From: a virus
Direction: 5' to 3' (one strand)
DNA length: 64,000 nucleotides
Virus record (IMG/VR): IMGVR_UViG_3300020204_000006
The position numbers were made by a program, and so were the translations under genes. Positions 10,210-18,424 of the stretch are shown one piece after another (positions within the stretch are counted from its first letter, which is position 1; every line of letters begins with the position of its first letter). Below the pieces are notes generated by a model. That model saw nothing but the letters and a program-made list of their open reading frames with translations, was not told the DNA's origin and made no database searches.

Positions 10210-10378
10210 AATCAAGGAGTCTGATTATGGAGTTGATTTTGGAGAGTCTGGATTAGGTTATACTCATCAAAACGGGGGACTTTTATCGATATTCCGTAAA
10301 ACTAAAAAGAAAAATAAATATAAAAAAAAGAAGATATATCAACTGGGACGATACATTACTGATGCAGGAAAAGATTAA
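10190..10378 (+). CDS. Small basic hypothetical protein
   Basis: 62-aa ORF filling the gap and overlapping both neighbours; Lys-rich C-terminus. Confidence 0.4.
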   Translation: MYKISSKIKESDYGVDFGESGLGYTHQNGGLLSIFRKTKKKNKYKKKKIYQLGRYITDAGKD

Positions 10379-11888
10379 AGTCTCTTTGTCTGTCTACAAT
10401 ACTCATATAAGAATTGATCCGCCAATAAGAGGTCCTTTGTATCAGTCCTTTAAAAAAGCGCTTGGGTACAAGCCAGCTAATTCTGTATGGATGAGTAGTA
10501 GTAATCCAAATTGGGATGGTTGGATAACTCTTGTTTGTTTTGATAAAAAAAGATGCAAATGTAGTCTTAAAAAAGATGGCATGCATTTCCCTGCTGGTTT
10601 ATTTTCTCAAGCTAAATCTTTTTTTAAAGAAAATGGTATAGAGTATACCGCAATAGATTTAAGATCTAGCATAAATACTTTTGAAATAAATTTTAATAAT
10701 AAGTATTCATTAAGGGACTATCAGGACAGGATAGTTAATGATAGTTTTGCAAAAACAAGAGGAATAGTAAAAGCTGCAACTGGAGCAGGAAAAACCATAA
10801 TGGCGGCTGGCATATTTTCAAAAATCAAAGCTAATCCTAGTATATTTTTTGTTACAAGTAAAGACCTTATGAATCAGTCTTATGAGGAGTTTTGCAAATT
10901 TTTAGAGCCTTCAAAAATAGGTATAATAGGTGGTGGAAAATTTAAACCAGCAGAAATCAATGTTGTCACTGTTCAAACCGCCGTTAGAAGTCTTGGTCTT
11001 GATTGGACCGGAAGTTCTGAAGAAGATGGTGATTTTGATGACACATATGATGTTTCTTCTGAAAACAAGAAGTATATGTCTGAAATTATTAAAAACGCTG
11101 GTTGTATAGTTTGCGATGAAGTTCAGCATTGGGCTGCAAATACTTGCCAGATAATATCTGATTATTGCGTATCGGCCAAGTATAGATACGGCATATCGGC
11201 AACTCCGTGGAGAGACATGGATGATGACATCTTAATAGATTCTTGTTTTGGTAAAAAAATATGTGACATAGATGCAAGTTTTTTGATAGACAGGGGTGTT
11301 TTGGTCAAGCCACACATAAATATGATAAAGATTAGTTCAAAAATGGGTGGTACTTATGCTGATGTATACAAAACAGGTATAGTAGAAAATGATTTAAGAA
11401 ATGAGATAATTAAAAATTGTGCCGAATATCTTTCCTCATGTGGCAGAAAGGTTCTAATACTTGTTAGGCAGATAAAGCATGGTGAGTTTTTAGAATATTC
11501 AATACCTGGGAGTGTTTTTATTCACGGTTCTTGTTCCTCAAAAGATAGAGAAGAGCATATAAAAAAAATGAGATCTTCTAGTTATAGTTCAATTACCATA
11601 GCCTCCAGTATATTTGATGAGGGTATTGATGTAAAGCCTCTAGATGCTCTTATATTGGCAGGGGGAGGCAAATCCCAGACGAGAGCTCTTCAGAGAATAG
11701 GTCGCGTCATAAGGCCTTTTGACGGCAAGAAAGACGCAGTGGTTGTGGATTTTTTTGATGACATGAAATACATGAGAAACCACAGTAAAAAAAGAATTAA
11801 GATGTATGGTACGGAAAAAAGATTTAATATAAAAAATCTTGAAATAGAACAAATTGTGAAAAATCCATCCGTATTATATCAGGCTTGA
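10362..11888 (+). CDS. uvsW: Superfamily 2 DNA helicase, UvsW/XPB-like
   Basis: LRDYQ, ATGAGKT, DEVQH, SATP, DEGID, QRIGRVIR. Confidence 0.8.
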   Translation: MQEKIKVSLSVYNTHIRIDPPIRGPLYQSFKKALGYKPANSVWMSSSNPNWDGWITLVCFDKKRCKCSLKKDGMHFPAGLFSQAKSFFKENGIEYTAIDLRSSINTFEINFNNKYSLRDYQDRIVNDSFAKTRGIVKAATGAGKTIMAAGIFSKIKANPSIFFVTSKDLMNQSYEEFCKFLEPSKIGIIGGGKFKPAEINVVTVQTAVRSLGLDWTGSSEEDGDFDDTYDVSSENKKYMSEIIKNAGCIVCDEVQHWAANTCQIISDYCVSAKYRYGISATPWRDMDDDILIDSCFGKKICDIDASFLIDRGVLVKPHINMIKISSKMGGTYADVYKTGIVENDLRNEIIKNCAEYLSSCGRKVLILVRQIKHGEFLEYSIPGSVFIHGSCSSKDREEHIKKMRSSSYSSITIASSIFDEGIDVKPLDALILAGGGKSQTRALQRIGRVIRPFDGKKDAVVVDFFDDMKYMRNHSKKRIKMYGTEKRFNIKNLEIEQIVKNPSVLYQA

Positions 11889-12664
11889 TAATGAAAAAAG
11901 AAAAATTAAAAAAAGAAACTACGGAAGTAGGCACTGTTGAGTGGTCAGCTTTTTCCGTAAAAAAGAAGGATGAAGACGTATTGTCTTGGTCTCTTCAGGA
12001 CTTTATATCATATATAAAGCAAATATATTATTCAAAATATTGTACTCCACTTGCATATTCTCCAGCATTTACAAATATGGAGATGTCTAAATTAAGAGAC
12101 ATATTATCTCCTCATTCTAAAAAAAATAATGAGAATATTAATATGTTCATTAAAAACTATGTAGATTGGTATTTTGACAACAAGATATATCAGGATCATG
12201 TTAAGTATAAGACATGGTCTTTTAAAAATTTAAATAAACAATCGACAATATCTTTATTTTTAATTAATTCCGGATTAACTAGTTCTCCTCAGCCCATTAC
12301 GGTAAAAGAAAAAATTAAAAGAAAAAGCACTAGCTCTCTTGTTCTTAAGAAGTATATGAGCGGTGATGAAAAAGTTTTTATTAAAGATTACGGAATAATA
12401 GTCCCGTTTGCTTATCTTTTTGCTGCTTGTAATATGGATTGGCCAAGTGCACTGTCTTATATTAAGAGAGGTATCAGGAAATGTATAGATTCATCTATAA
12501 GCTTGGAGTTTATAGTTGATGTAACAAACCAGTATGGTCCCTATGACAAATTAAAAAAATTGGACATGTCTGGTCTTATTTCTGAGTTGTCATCAGAATT
12601 TAAATTCCCTTTTGCGAAAGTGAGGCTTTACGGTAATGTCAGAGAAGATATGGAAAATAAATAA
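11885..12664 (+). CDS. Hypothetical protein
   Basis: 259-aa ORF coupled to both neighbours; TTG 11885 or ATG 11891. Confidence 0.6.
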   Translation: MIMKKEKLKKETTEVGTVEWSAFSVKKKDEDVLSWSLQDFISYIKQIYYSKYCTPLAYSPAFTNMEMSKLRDILSPHSKKNNENINMFIKNYVDWYFDNKIYQDHVKYKTWSFKNLNKQSTISLFLINSGLTSSPQPITVKEKIKRKSTSSLVLKKYMSGDEKVFIKDYGIIVPFAYLFAACNMDWPSALSYIKRGIRKCIDSSISLEFIVDVTNQYGPYDKLKKLDMSGLISELSSEFKFPFAKVRLYGNVREDMENK

Positions 12665-13136
12665 TCAAATTAGAAATAGATTCGTTTTTGTAATAGACGA
12701 TGATGGTAGAAAAATTGGCTCTATGATAATAGATAGTGCTATCGATTATGCACGCAATAAGGGTATGGACCTAGTTCAGGTAAGCGAAGATTCTTCTTCG
12801 GAAGTTGTGTGCAGGGTCGCAGATTACGGAAAGATGAAATACCAATCTCAAAAAAACAAAAAGAGTGGCAATACCTCTTCTTTTAAGAAAAAAGAGATGT
12901 TTATTTCTATGACGATATCTGATCATGATTTAGAGACAAAGCTCAATAAGGTTCGTGAATTTATGAGCAAAAAATATGAAATAACTTTTGGAATAAAATT
13001 CAGAAGTTTTAAGGAAAGAAACAGTACTGAACAGGCTAGGCAAAAAATAATCAAGAGCCTTGATTCTCTTGGTGTTTCTCAGGATGGCCTTAAGTACAAC
13101 GTTACACACGAGAGGATATCGGTTGTTTTCAGATGA
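12636..13136 (+). CDS. infC: Translation initiation factor IF-3
   Basis: INNQIR..V.VIDDDG...G...A...A...GMDLVQV...VCRVADYGKMKY (IF3-N); KE...ISDHDLETKL...F (IF3-C). Confidence 0.9.
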   Translation: MSEKIWKINNQIRNRFVFVIDDDGRKIGSMIIDSAIDYARNKGMDLVQVSEDSSSEVVCRVADYGKMKYQSQKNKKSGNTSSFKKKEMFISMTISDHDLETKLNKVREFMSKKYEITFGIKFRSFKERNSTEQARQKIIKSLDSLGVSQDGLKYNVTHERISVVFR

Positions 13137-13924
13137 GTAACAAGCTTGAAAATCTATTTAATTACTTTGTGAATAAGAATAAGGCTTCCTGTAAGAGATA
13201 TATTAAGGAGAGTAACTCCTGTTGTGCTTCAAGGTGTGTTTGTTCTGCTCTTGCAGAAGTTTTCTCTTACATGGAGTATTGTCTTCCGCACAATACAAGC
13301 AAGCTTGAACTTTGTGATTTTACCGGGATATGCAATGGTGAAGAAATAATAGAAAAAGCAAGTGTAGATTTAGTGCTAAACAAGATATGTAAATACTGTT
13401 TTGATAAAGACAAAATAGACTTAAGTCAATCAAGAAATTATTTTAACTCTATATCTGTTATGGATAAAAGATATTCCATGGGTACAAATGTTATTATCCA
13501 CGGAAGCGAGAAAACCTCTAGCGATGGTATGAAAAAGAAAAGCGGCAAAACTCTTGTTGCCTCTCTTATAATGAAGGAGGCAATATGGAGAAGGCTGTTT
13601 AAGACAAACAAAGCTTTTACTTATTATTATTCTCCAATATCAAAAATAATAGATGATAGATTGTCAAAAAGAGAATCTGACATGTTGGTTACTCCAGTAA
13701 ATTGCGATTGGCTTGTTGTTGATGATATATATGACAAGAATAGGCAAATTCAGCCATCTATAATAGAAGATGTTTTTGTTTATAGGCAAATGAAAAGTCT
13801 ACCAACAATATTTGTTATTAAGTTTGATGCTTCAAGTCGAAATAGCTTGGAAGAGGTTTTGGGAGAAAGTTTGTCCAGATGTTTCTATGGAGATCCCAAT
13901 TCTTTTATTATAGATATATCTTAA
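13133..13924 (+). CDS. DnaC/DnaI/IstB-like AAA+ helicase loader
   Basis: Cys-rich N-terminus, SGKTLVASLIMKE Walker A end, WLVVDDI Walker B, directly upstream of dnaB. Confidence 0.6.
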   Translation: MSNKLENLFNYFVNKNKASCKRYIKESNSCCASRCVCSALAEVFSYMEYCLPHNTSKLELCDFTGICNGEEIIEKASVDLVLNKICKYCFDKDKIDLSQSRNYFNSISVMDKRYSMGTNVIIHGSEKTSSDGMKKKSGKTLVASLIMKEAIWRRLFKTNKAFTYYYSPISKIIDDRLSKRESDMLVTPVNCDWLVVDDIYDKNRQIQPSIIEDVFVYRQMKSLPTIFVIKFDASSRNSLEEVLGESLSRCFYGDPNSFIIDIS

Positions 13925-13925
13925 T

Positions 13926-15377
13926 ATGAATTCTTCATATAAACTACTGCACATTCTTCTTAACGATCTTTCTAAGGTTGAGAAGCTTAGTCATGACACA
14001 AGAGTGAATGAATTTTTTTTGGCAGATTATGAGTCTAATATATATAGGGCCATGATCTGGTGTTTCAATAAGAATAAATTACTTACGGAAGAACAGCTTG
14101 AATATTTTTTAAGAGAAGTTAGAGCTTCTTCTCCTGTATACATTTCTGAATGTGTTTCTATACTTAGAGAGATATCTTTTTTACAAAACATAAAGATTGA
14201 TGATTTTGATGTTATTTTTGCAGATTTAGAAAAAGAATTTATTACTAGATCAATTAAAAAAGGTCTTAAGGAATTAAAAGAAAAAGTTGAGCCTGATTTT
14301 AAGCAAAATGTTTTAGAATTCTGCAAAAAACTAGAAGATGTTGCATCTTCTTCAAATAAAGAATCAAATTTTGAGTTTTTTGATTCAGCGGAAAGTTATT
14401 TAAATATAGTTGATAAGCTAGAAAAGCAGAGTAAAGAGCCAGATAATAGAATAGCTTGTGGCATTAAGGAGATCGATGACTGTATGGTTGTCGGATTTAG
14501 GCCAGGTACTCTTACTTTAACTGTTGCTGATGTTGGTGGCGGTAAAACCACCATGATGCTCAATATGGCTTTTAATTTATTTAAAAGAAATCACAACGTT
14601 CTTTTTATTCCTCTGGAAATGCCTTTCGAGGAAATATTTAAAAAATTTATTTCCAGAGAGTGTCTTGTTGAGTTTGAAAAGCTGGCTCGTCCTCAACTAT
14701 TAGTAGATTCGGACTGGGCAATGATAAGGCAGCACGCAGAAGCTTTAAATAATGCAAAATCTAAATTTATGTGGGCTGATGTTAAAAGTAGACCCACCGT
14801 ATCTGAAATAAAAAGACAGATAGAGAGAAGGCTTTCTTATTTTAAGCCTGATATTATAGTTATTGATTATATAGCAAATATAAAACCGGAATCTAATTCA
14901 GATAATTGGCTTGCCATTGGAGATATACTAAAAGAGTTGAGAGCATTTGGCAAAAAACATAATTTTGCCATACTAAGTGCTGCTCAGTTAAGTAGAGATG
15001 GAATTAAAAAAATGAAGGGAGACAAGGATTCAAACAAGGCTCCTGGATCAGAGGACCTAAGAGGATCTCATGAATATAGTGCAGACGCTGACAATATATT
15101 TGCTCAAGTTCCATCTCAAGAGGACCCAAATAGAAAAATATTACTTTATTGTATAAAAGCTAGATACGGAAAGAAAACTTTTGGTGATAAAAATTATGCC
15201 ATTATGGATTTTTATCCAGAATTTTCTAAAATAGAATCTAGTAATAACTATTCTTTTGATTCCGATAGCGATGATTTAAAGGCTCAGATAGATGAGATGT
15301 TTAAATCAAAAGTTAATCAAAGTGAAGAATCTTCAGATTCTAAGTCTTCGGAAGATTTTGATTGGTTCTCTTTATGA
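13926..15377 (+). CDS. dnaB: Replicative DNA helicase DnaB
   Basis: CGIKEID, ADVGGGKTT, PLEM, IVIDYI, AAQLSR, DLRGS...SADAD, KARYG. Confidence 0.92.
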   Translation: MNSSYKLLHILLNDLSKVEKLSHDTRVNEFFLADYESNIYRAMIWCFNKNKLLTEEQLEYFLREVRASSPVYISECVSILREISFLQNIKIDDFDVIFADLEKEFITRSIKKGLKELKEKVEPDFKQNVLEFCKKLEDVASSSNKESNFEFFDSAESYLNIVDKLEKQSKEPDNRIACGIKEIDDCMVVGFRPGTLTLTVADVGGGKTTMMLNMAFNLFKRNHNVLFIPLEMPFEEIFKKFISRECLVEFEKLARPQLLVDSDWAMIRQHAEALNNAKSKFMWADVKSRPTVSEIKRQIERRLSYFKPDIIVIDYIANIKPESNSDNWLAIGDILKELRAFGKKHNFAILSAAQLSRDGIKKMKGDKDSNKAPGSEDLRGSHEYSADADNIFAQVPSQEDPNRKILLYCIKARYGKKTFGDKNYAIMDFYPEFSKIESSNNYSFDSDSDDLKAQIDEMFKSKVNQSEESSDSKSSEDFDWFSL

Positions 15378-15913
15378 GTAAAAATTCTTCCCAGCAAGCT
15401 GACGTGTTCTTTACTGTAAAGAAACTGTTATCTATAGACGAGTTTTTACAACAAAGGGGTTGTTCTCCATCCAGAAGATATGGAGACAAATCTGTATATT
15501 GCTGCCCAATACACAAAGATAAAACTCCTAGCTTTTATGTTTATAAAAAAAGCGATGGTGATGATTTTTATTGCTTTGGTTGTAAAAAAGGTGGTAGCGC
15601 AGTACACCTAAAAAGCTATCTTGATAATGAAAAATTCGGTAAAAGTTTATTATATTTTTGCGATAAGCTTAAAATTAAAACAAACTCAAAAATTAATATT
15701 GAAGACATATTAGATGATGAGCTATTTTCATTTAAAAAAGAAAGCTTTGATATAGACAAAAAATATGAATTATGTCTTTTTAGATATTCTTCTTCCCTTA
15801 ATATGGGTAACATATCAATATCTGATTTTCTAAACACTATTTCTGTTTTGCAGAAAATCTATGAAGAAAGAGACGAAATAAGAATAGGTAAAATGTTAAA
15901 TGGAAGAATTTGA
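15374..15913 (+). CDS. dnaG: Stand-alone DnaG-type CHC2 zinc-binding domain (primase N-terminal part)
   Basis: CPIHKDKTPSF...FYCFGCKKGG; ATGA overlap with dnaB stop; no TOPRIM domain in this ORF. Confidence 0.85.
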   Translation: MSKNSSQQADVFFTVKKLLSIDEFLQQRGCSPSRRYGDKSVYCCPIHKDKTPSFYVYKKSDGDDFYCFGCKKGGSAVHLKSYLDNEKFGKSLLYFCDKLKIKTNSKINIEDILDDELFSFKKESFDIDKKYELCLFRYSSSLNMGNISISDFLNTISVLQKIYEERDEIRIGKMLNGRI

Positions 15914-16316
15914 AAAAACAATATCCGTTATTTTTGGTCATCCCTTTACAAAAGAATGCGATTGTGATGAGGTATGTATTTCAAATAAAATGTTAAATGA
16001 AAAATTTACTAAAAGCTGGATGATTGAAGATGATCTATCCGTCAGTCACCAATTTGGCTCTTCGGTATTCACTGTTCATTTTTATCCTTCCAGGGAAGTA
16101 ATAATATATTCTTTTCATAAAAACAGACCAAATGGATCTGATATGATGGACCTTAGGGCTCTGGTCATATTTTTAATGAATAAAGGATGGAATCGACCAT
16201 CTCCAATATCAAGTGAGATAGATTATGCTATGGACTTTTGGAGAGAGGCATGGGAAACTGGTTTAGTAGATAGTGATTATCTTCAAAAGAAATTTGGAAA
16301 AAGAAAATTATTTTAA
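15900..16316 (+). CDS. Hypothetical protein
   Basis: 138-aa ORF, 14-nt overlap with upstream gene. Confidence 0.55.
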   Translation: MEEFEKTISVIFGHPFTKECDCDEVCISNKMLNEKFTKSWMIEDDLSVSHQFGSSVFTVHFYPSREVIIYSFHKNRPNGSDMMDLRALVIFLMNKGWNRPSPISSEIDYAMDFWREAWETGLVDSDYLQKKFGKRKLF

Positions 16317-16325
16317 GGAAAAAAT

Positions 16326-16907
16326 ATGCCAATAATATCAAAAAAACAAGAAATAAAAATGTCTTTTACTTCAATAATTCTTGATGGCGATGATGAATCA
16401 GAAATAGATTTTGATCTTTATGATAAAAATGGTAAACTTTATATAAAAGCATTTAAGAACAAAAAAACTATTTTTGATTGGCCCTTTGAGTCATTTCAGG
16501 AAATAGCAGATTTTATATTTGGAAAAATGAGTCTAATTTTTCCATCAAAAAACAGAGTAAATAAAAATATAGATTTCCCGCAAAAAGATAATTTATTTGA
16601 TGCTTCTCAGTCTCCTACTCCTAGTGTAATTCAGAATTCTGTTCCTGATAATTCTACTGCTAGTTTTGCTGGTGACGTATCTGATTTTGAAAATTATCTA
16701 AAGAACAAGAAGCCTTCTTTTTATGGAAACTCCTCATCACTTATATCCAATCCGGCATTTAGGGCAGCCATGAACTCTGATGAAAAAAATAATACAGTTG
16801 AAAAAGAAAGAATAAGTAGAATAGTAAATGGCATGGATGCTATAGAAATAGATTTAAATGACGACATTCAGGATGAAGCAGTTATAGAACAACAAAATGG
16901 AATATAA
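16326..16907 (+). CDS. Hypothetical protein
   Basis: 193-aa ORF with low-complexity central part. Confidence 0.55.
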   Translation: MPIISKKQEIKMSFTSIILDGDDESEIDFDLYDKNGKLYIKAFKNKKTIFDWPFESFQEIADFIFGKMSLIFPSKNRVNKNIDFPQKDNLFDASQSPTPSVIQNSVPDNSTASFAGDVSDFENYLKNKKPSFYGNSSSLISNPAFRAAMNSDEKNNTVEKERISRIVNGMDAIEIDLNDDIQDEAVIEQQNGI

Positions 16908-17142
16908 ATGTAATGTAAAACAGTTGACAAAGATATCAAGTGATGAGGGCTCTGGCAATTCTTTATCTCTTTGTTCTTCTTGTAAAAATTTAGATTGTAG
17001 GAACCCAATAGAATTTGTTAGTATTTCTGTGTTCGGAATAAATATGAAGGGTAGATTTTTTAAATCAAACAGTAATTTTTATTCTGTAACTTCTTGTGAA
17101 GGTTATCAGAAAGAGATCAAAAAAGAGGAAGAAGATGAATAA
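16897..17142 (+). CDS. Small Cys-rich hypothetical protein
   Basis: CSSCKNLDC...SC; overlaps both neighbours (11 and 8 nt). Confidence 0.5.
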   Translation: MEYKCNVKQLTKISSDEGSGNSLSLCSSCKNLDCRNPIEFVSISVFGINMKGRFFKSNSNFYSVTSCEGYQKEIKKEEEDE

Positions 17143-18424
17143 TTCTTGTTTTTGCCATATACATAATCACACTGAATTTAGTTCTTTTGATGGATTAAAT
17201 AAGGTTTCCGAGTTTCCTATGCTTGCAAGAGAAATGGGTTTTAGGGCTCTTGGTATAACGGATCACGGAAATATTGCTGGTACTTTAAAGTTTTTTAAAG
17301 AGTGTACAAAAACACATGATTCTGATGGCAATATTCTTCCTTACGATCCAATAACTCCCATACTTGGATGTGAATTTTACTTATGCAAAAATCGTCATGC
17401 TAGAAGTAAGGCAGAACAGCCTGACGGCAGAAAGGGCAATAGACATATACTCCTTCTGGCAAAAAATTTTGCTGGCTATAGAAACCTGTGTGCTCTTAGT
17501 GAGATTAGTTGGACTGAGGGTTTTTACGGTGATCCTAGAATAGATTTTGATCTTATTGAGAAGTACCGCGATGGCCTGATGTGTTCTTCTGCCTGTCTTA
17601 GTAGTGTTATAAATTCAAATTTACTTCATGGAAGATACGATATTGCAAAAAAGGTTGCTACTAGATTAAAAGATATATTTGGTGAAGATTTTTATCTTGA
17701 AGTCATGTTTCATGGAATAGACGCAGAAAGATATATTATTCCAGATATATTTAAGCTTGGTTCTGATCTAGGTATAAAATGTATAGGGACAAACGATTGT
17801 CACTATGCAAAAAAAGAAGATGGTAAAAGTCAAGAAATACTTATGTGTATGAGCACAAGCAGGTGCATCAAGGACACTAATAGATTAAAATTCCCATATC
17901 ATGAATTCTATTTAAAAAACGCGGATGAAATGTACTCTGTTTTTAAAGGCTATGAGCATGCTCTTCATAACACAAACGAAATTTACCAAAAGGTAAATAT
18001 AGAAGATTTAAAAATTAATTTTGGAGGAATGCGACTTCCAAAGTTTCCATTGCCAGATGGCTTTTCTGATCCGTATGAATACTTAAAGTTTCTTGCTTTT
18101 GAGGGTTTGAATAGGTGTAATTTGCAAAATTCTGAAAAGCATGTCGCTAGGTTAAACATGGAGCTTAACGACGTAAAAATTGCAAAAGATAGTAATAATT
18201 ATGACTTTGCAACATATTTTTTGATAGTAAGAGATTACATAAATTTTGCCAAAGATAATAACATTATGACTGGATGCGGAAGAGGTTCTGGATTTGGAAG
18301 TCTTCTTTTAAAGTGTCTTGGTATAACTTATGGAGTTGACCCTCTTGAATACGATTTGCTTTGGGAAAGATTTTTAGGTTTTGATTCAAAAAAATTTGTC
18401 AAGATGAGTGATTTTTATGAATGA
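17135..18424 (+). CDS. dnaE: DNA polymerase III alpha, N-terminal part (PHP domain plus first palm/thumb segment)
   Basis: HIHNHTEFSSFDG, ITDHGN, GCEFY, RHILLLAKN, TNDCHY, GRGS, LGIT.GVDP...LLWERFLG, then stops. Confidence 0.92.
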   Translation: MNNSCFCHIHNHTEFSSFDGLNKVSEFPMLAREMGFRALGITDHGNIAGTLKFFKECTKTHDSDGNILPYDPITPILGCEFYLCKNRHARSKAEQPDGRKGNRHILLLAKNFAGYRNLCALSEISWTEGFYGDPRIDFDLIEKYRDGLMCSSACLSSVINSNLLHGRYDIAKKVATRLKDIFGEDFYLEVMFHGIDAERYIIPDIFKLGSDLGIKCIGTNDCHYAKKEDGKSQEILMCMSTSRCIKDTNRLKFPYHEFYLKNADEMYSVFKGYEHALHNTNEIYQKVNIEDLKINFGGMRLPKFPLPDGFSDPYEYLKFLAFEGLNRCNLQNSEKHVARLNMELNDVKIAKDSNNYDFATYFLIVRDYINFAKDNNIMTGCGRGSGFGSLLLKCLGITYGVDPLEYDLLWERFLGFDSKKFVKMSDFYE

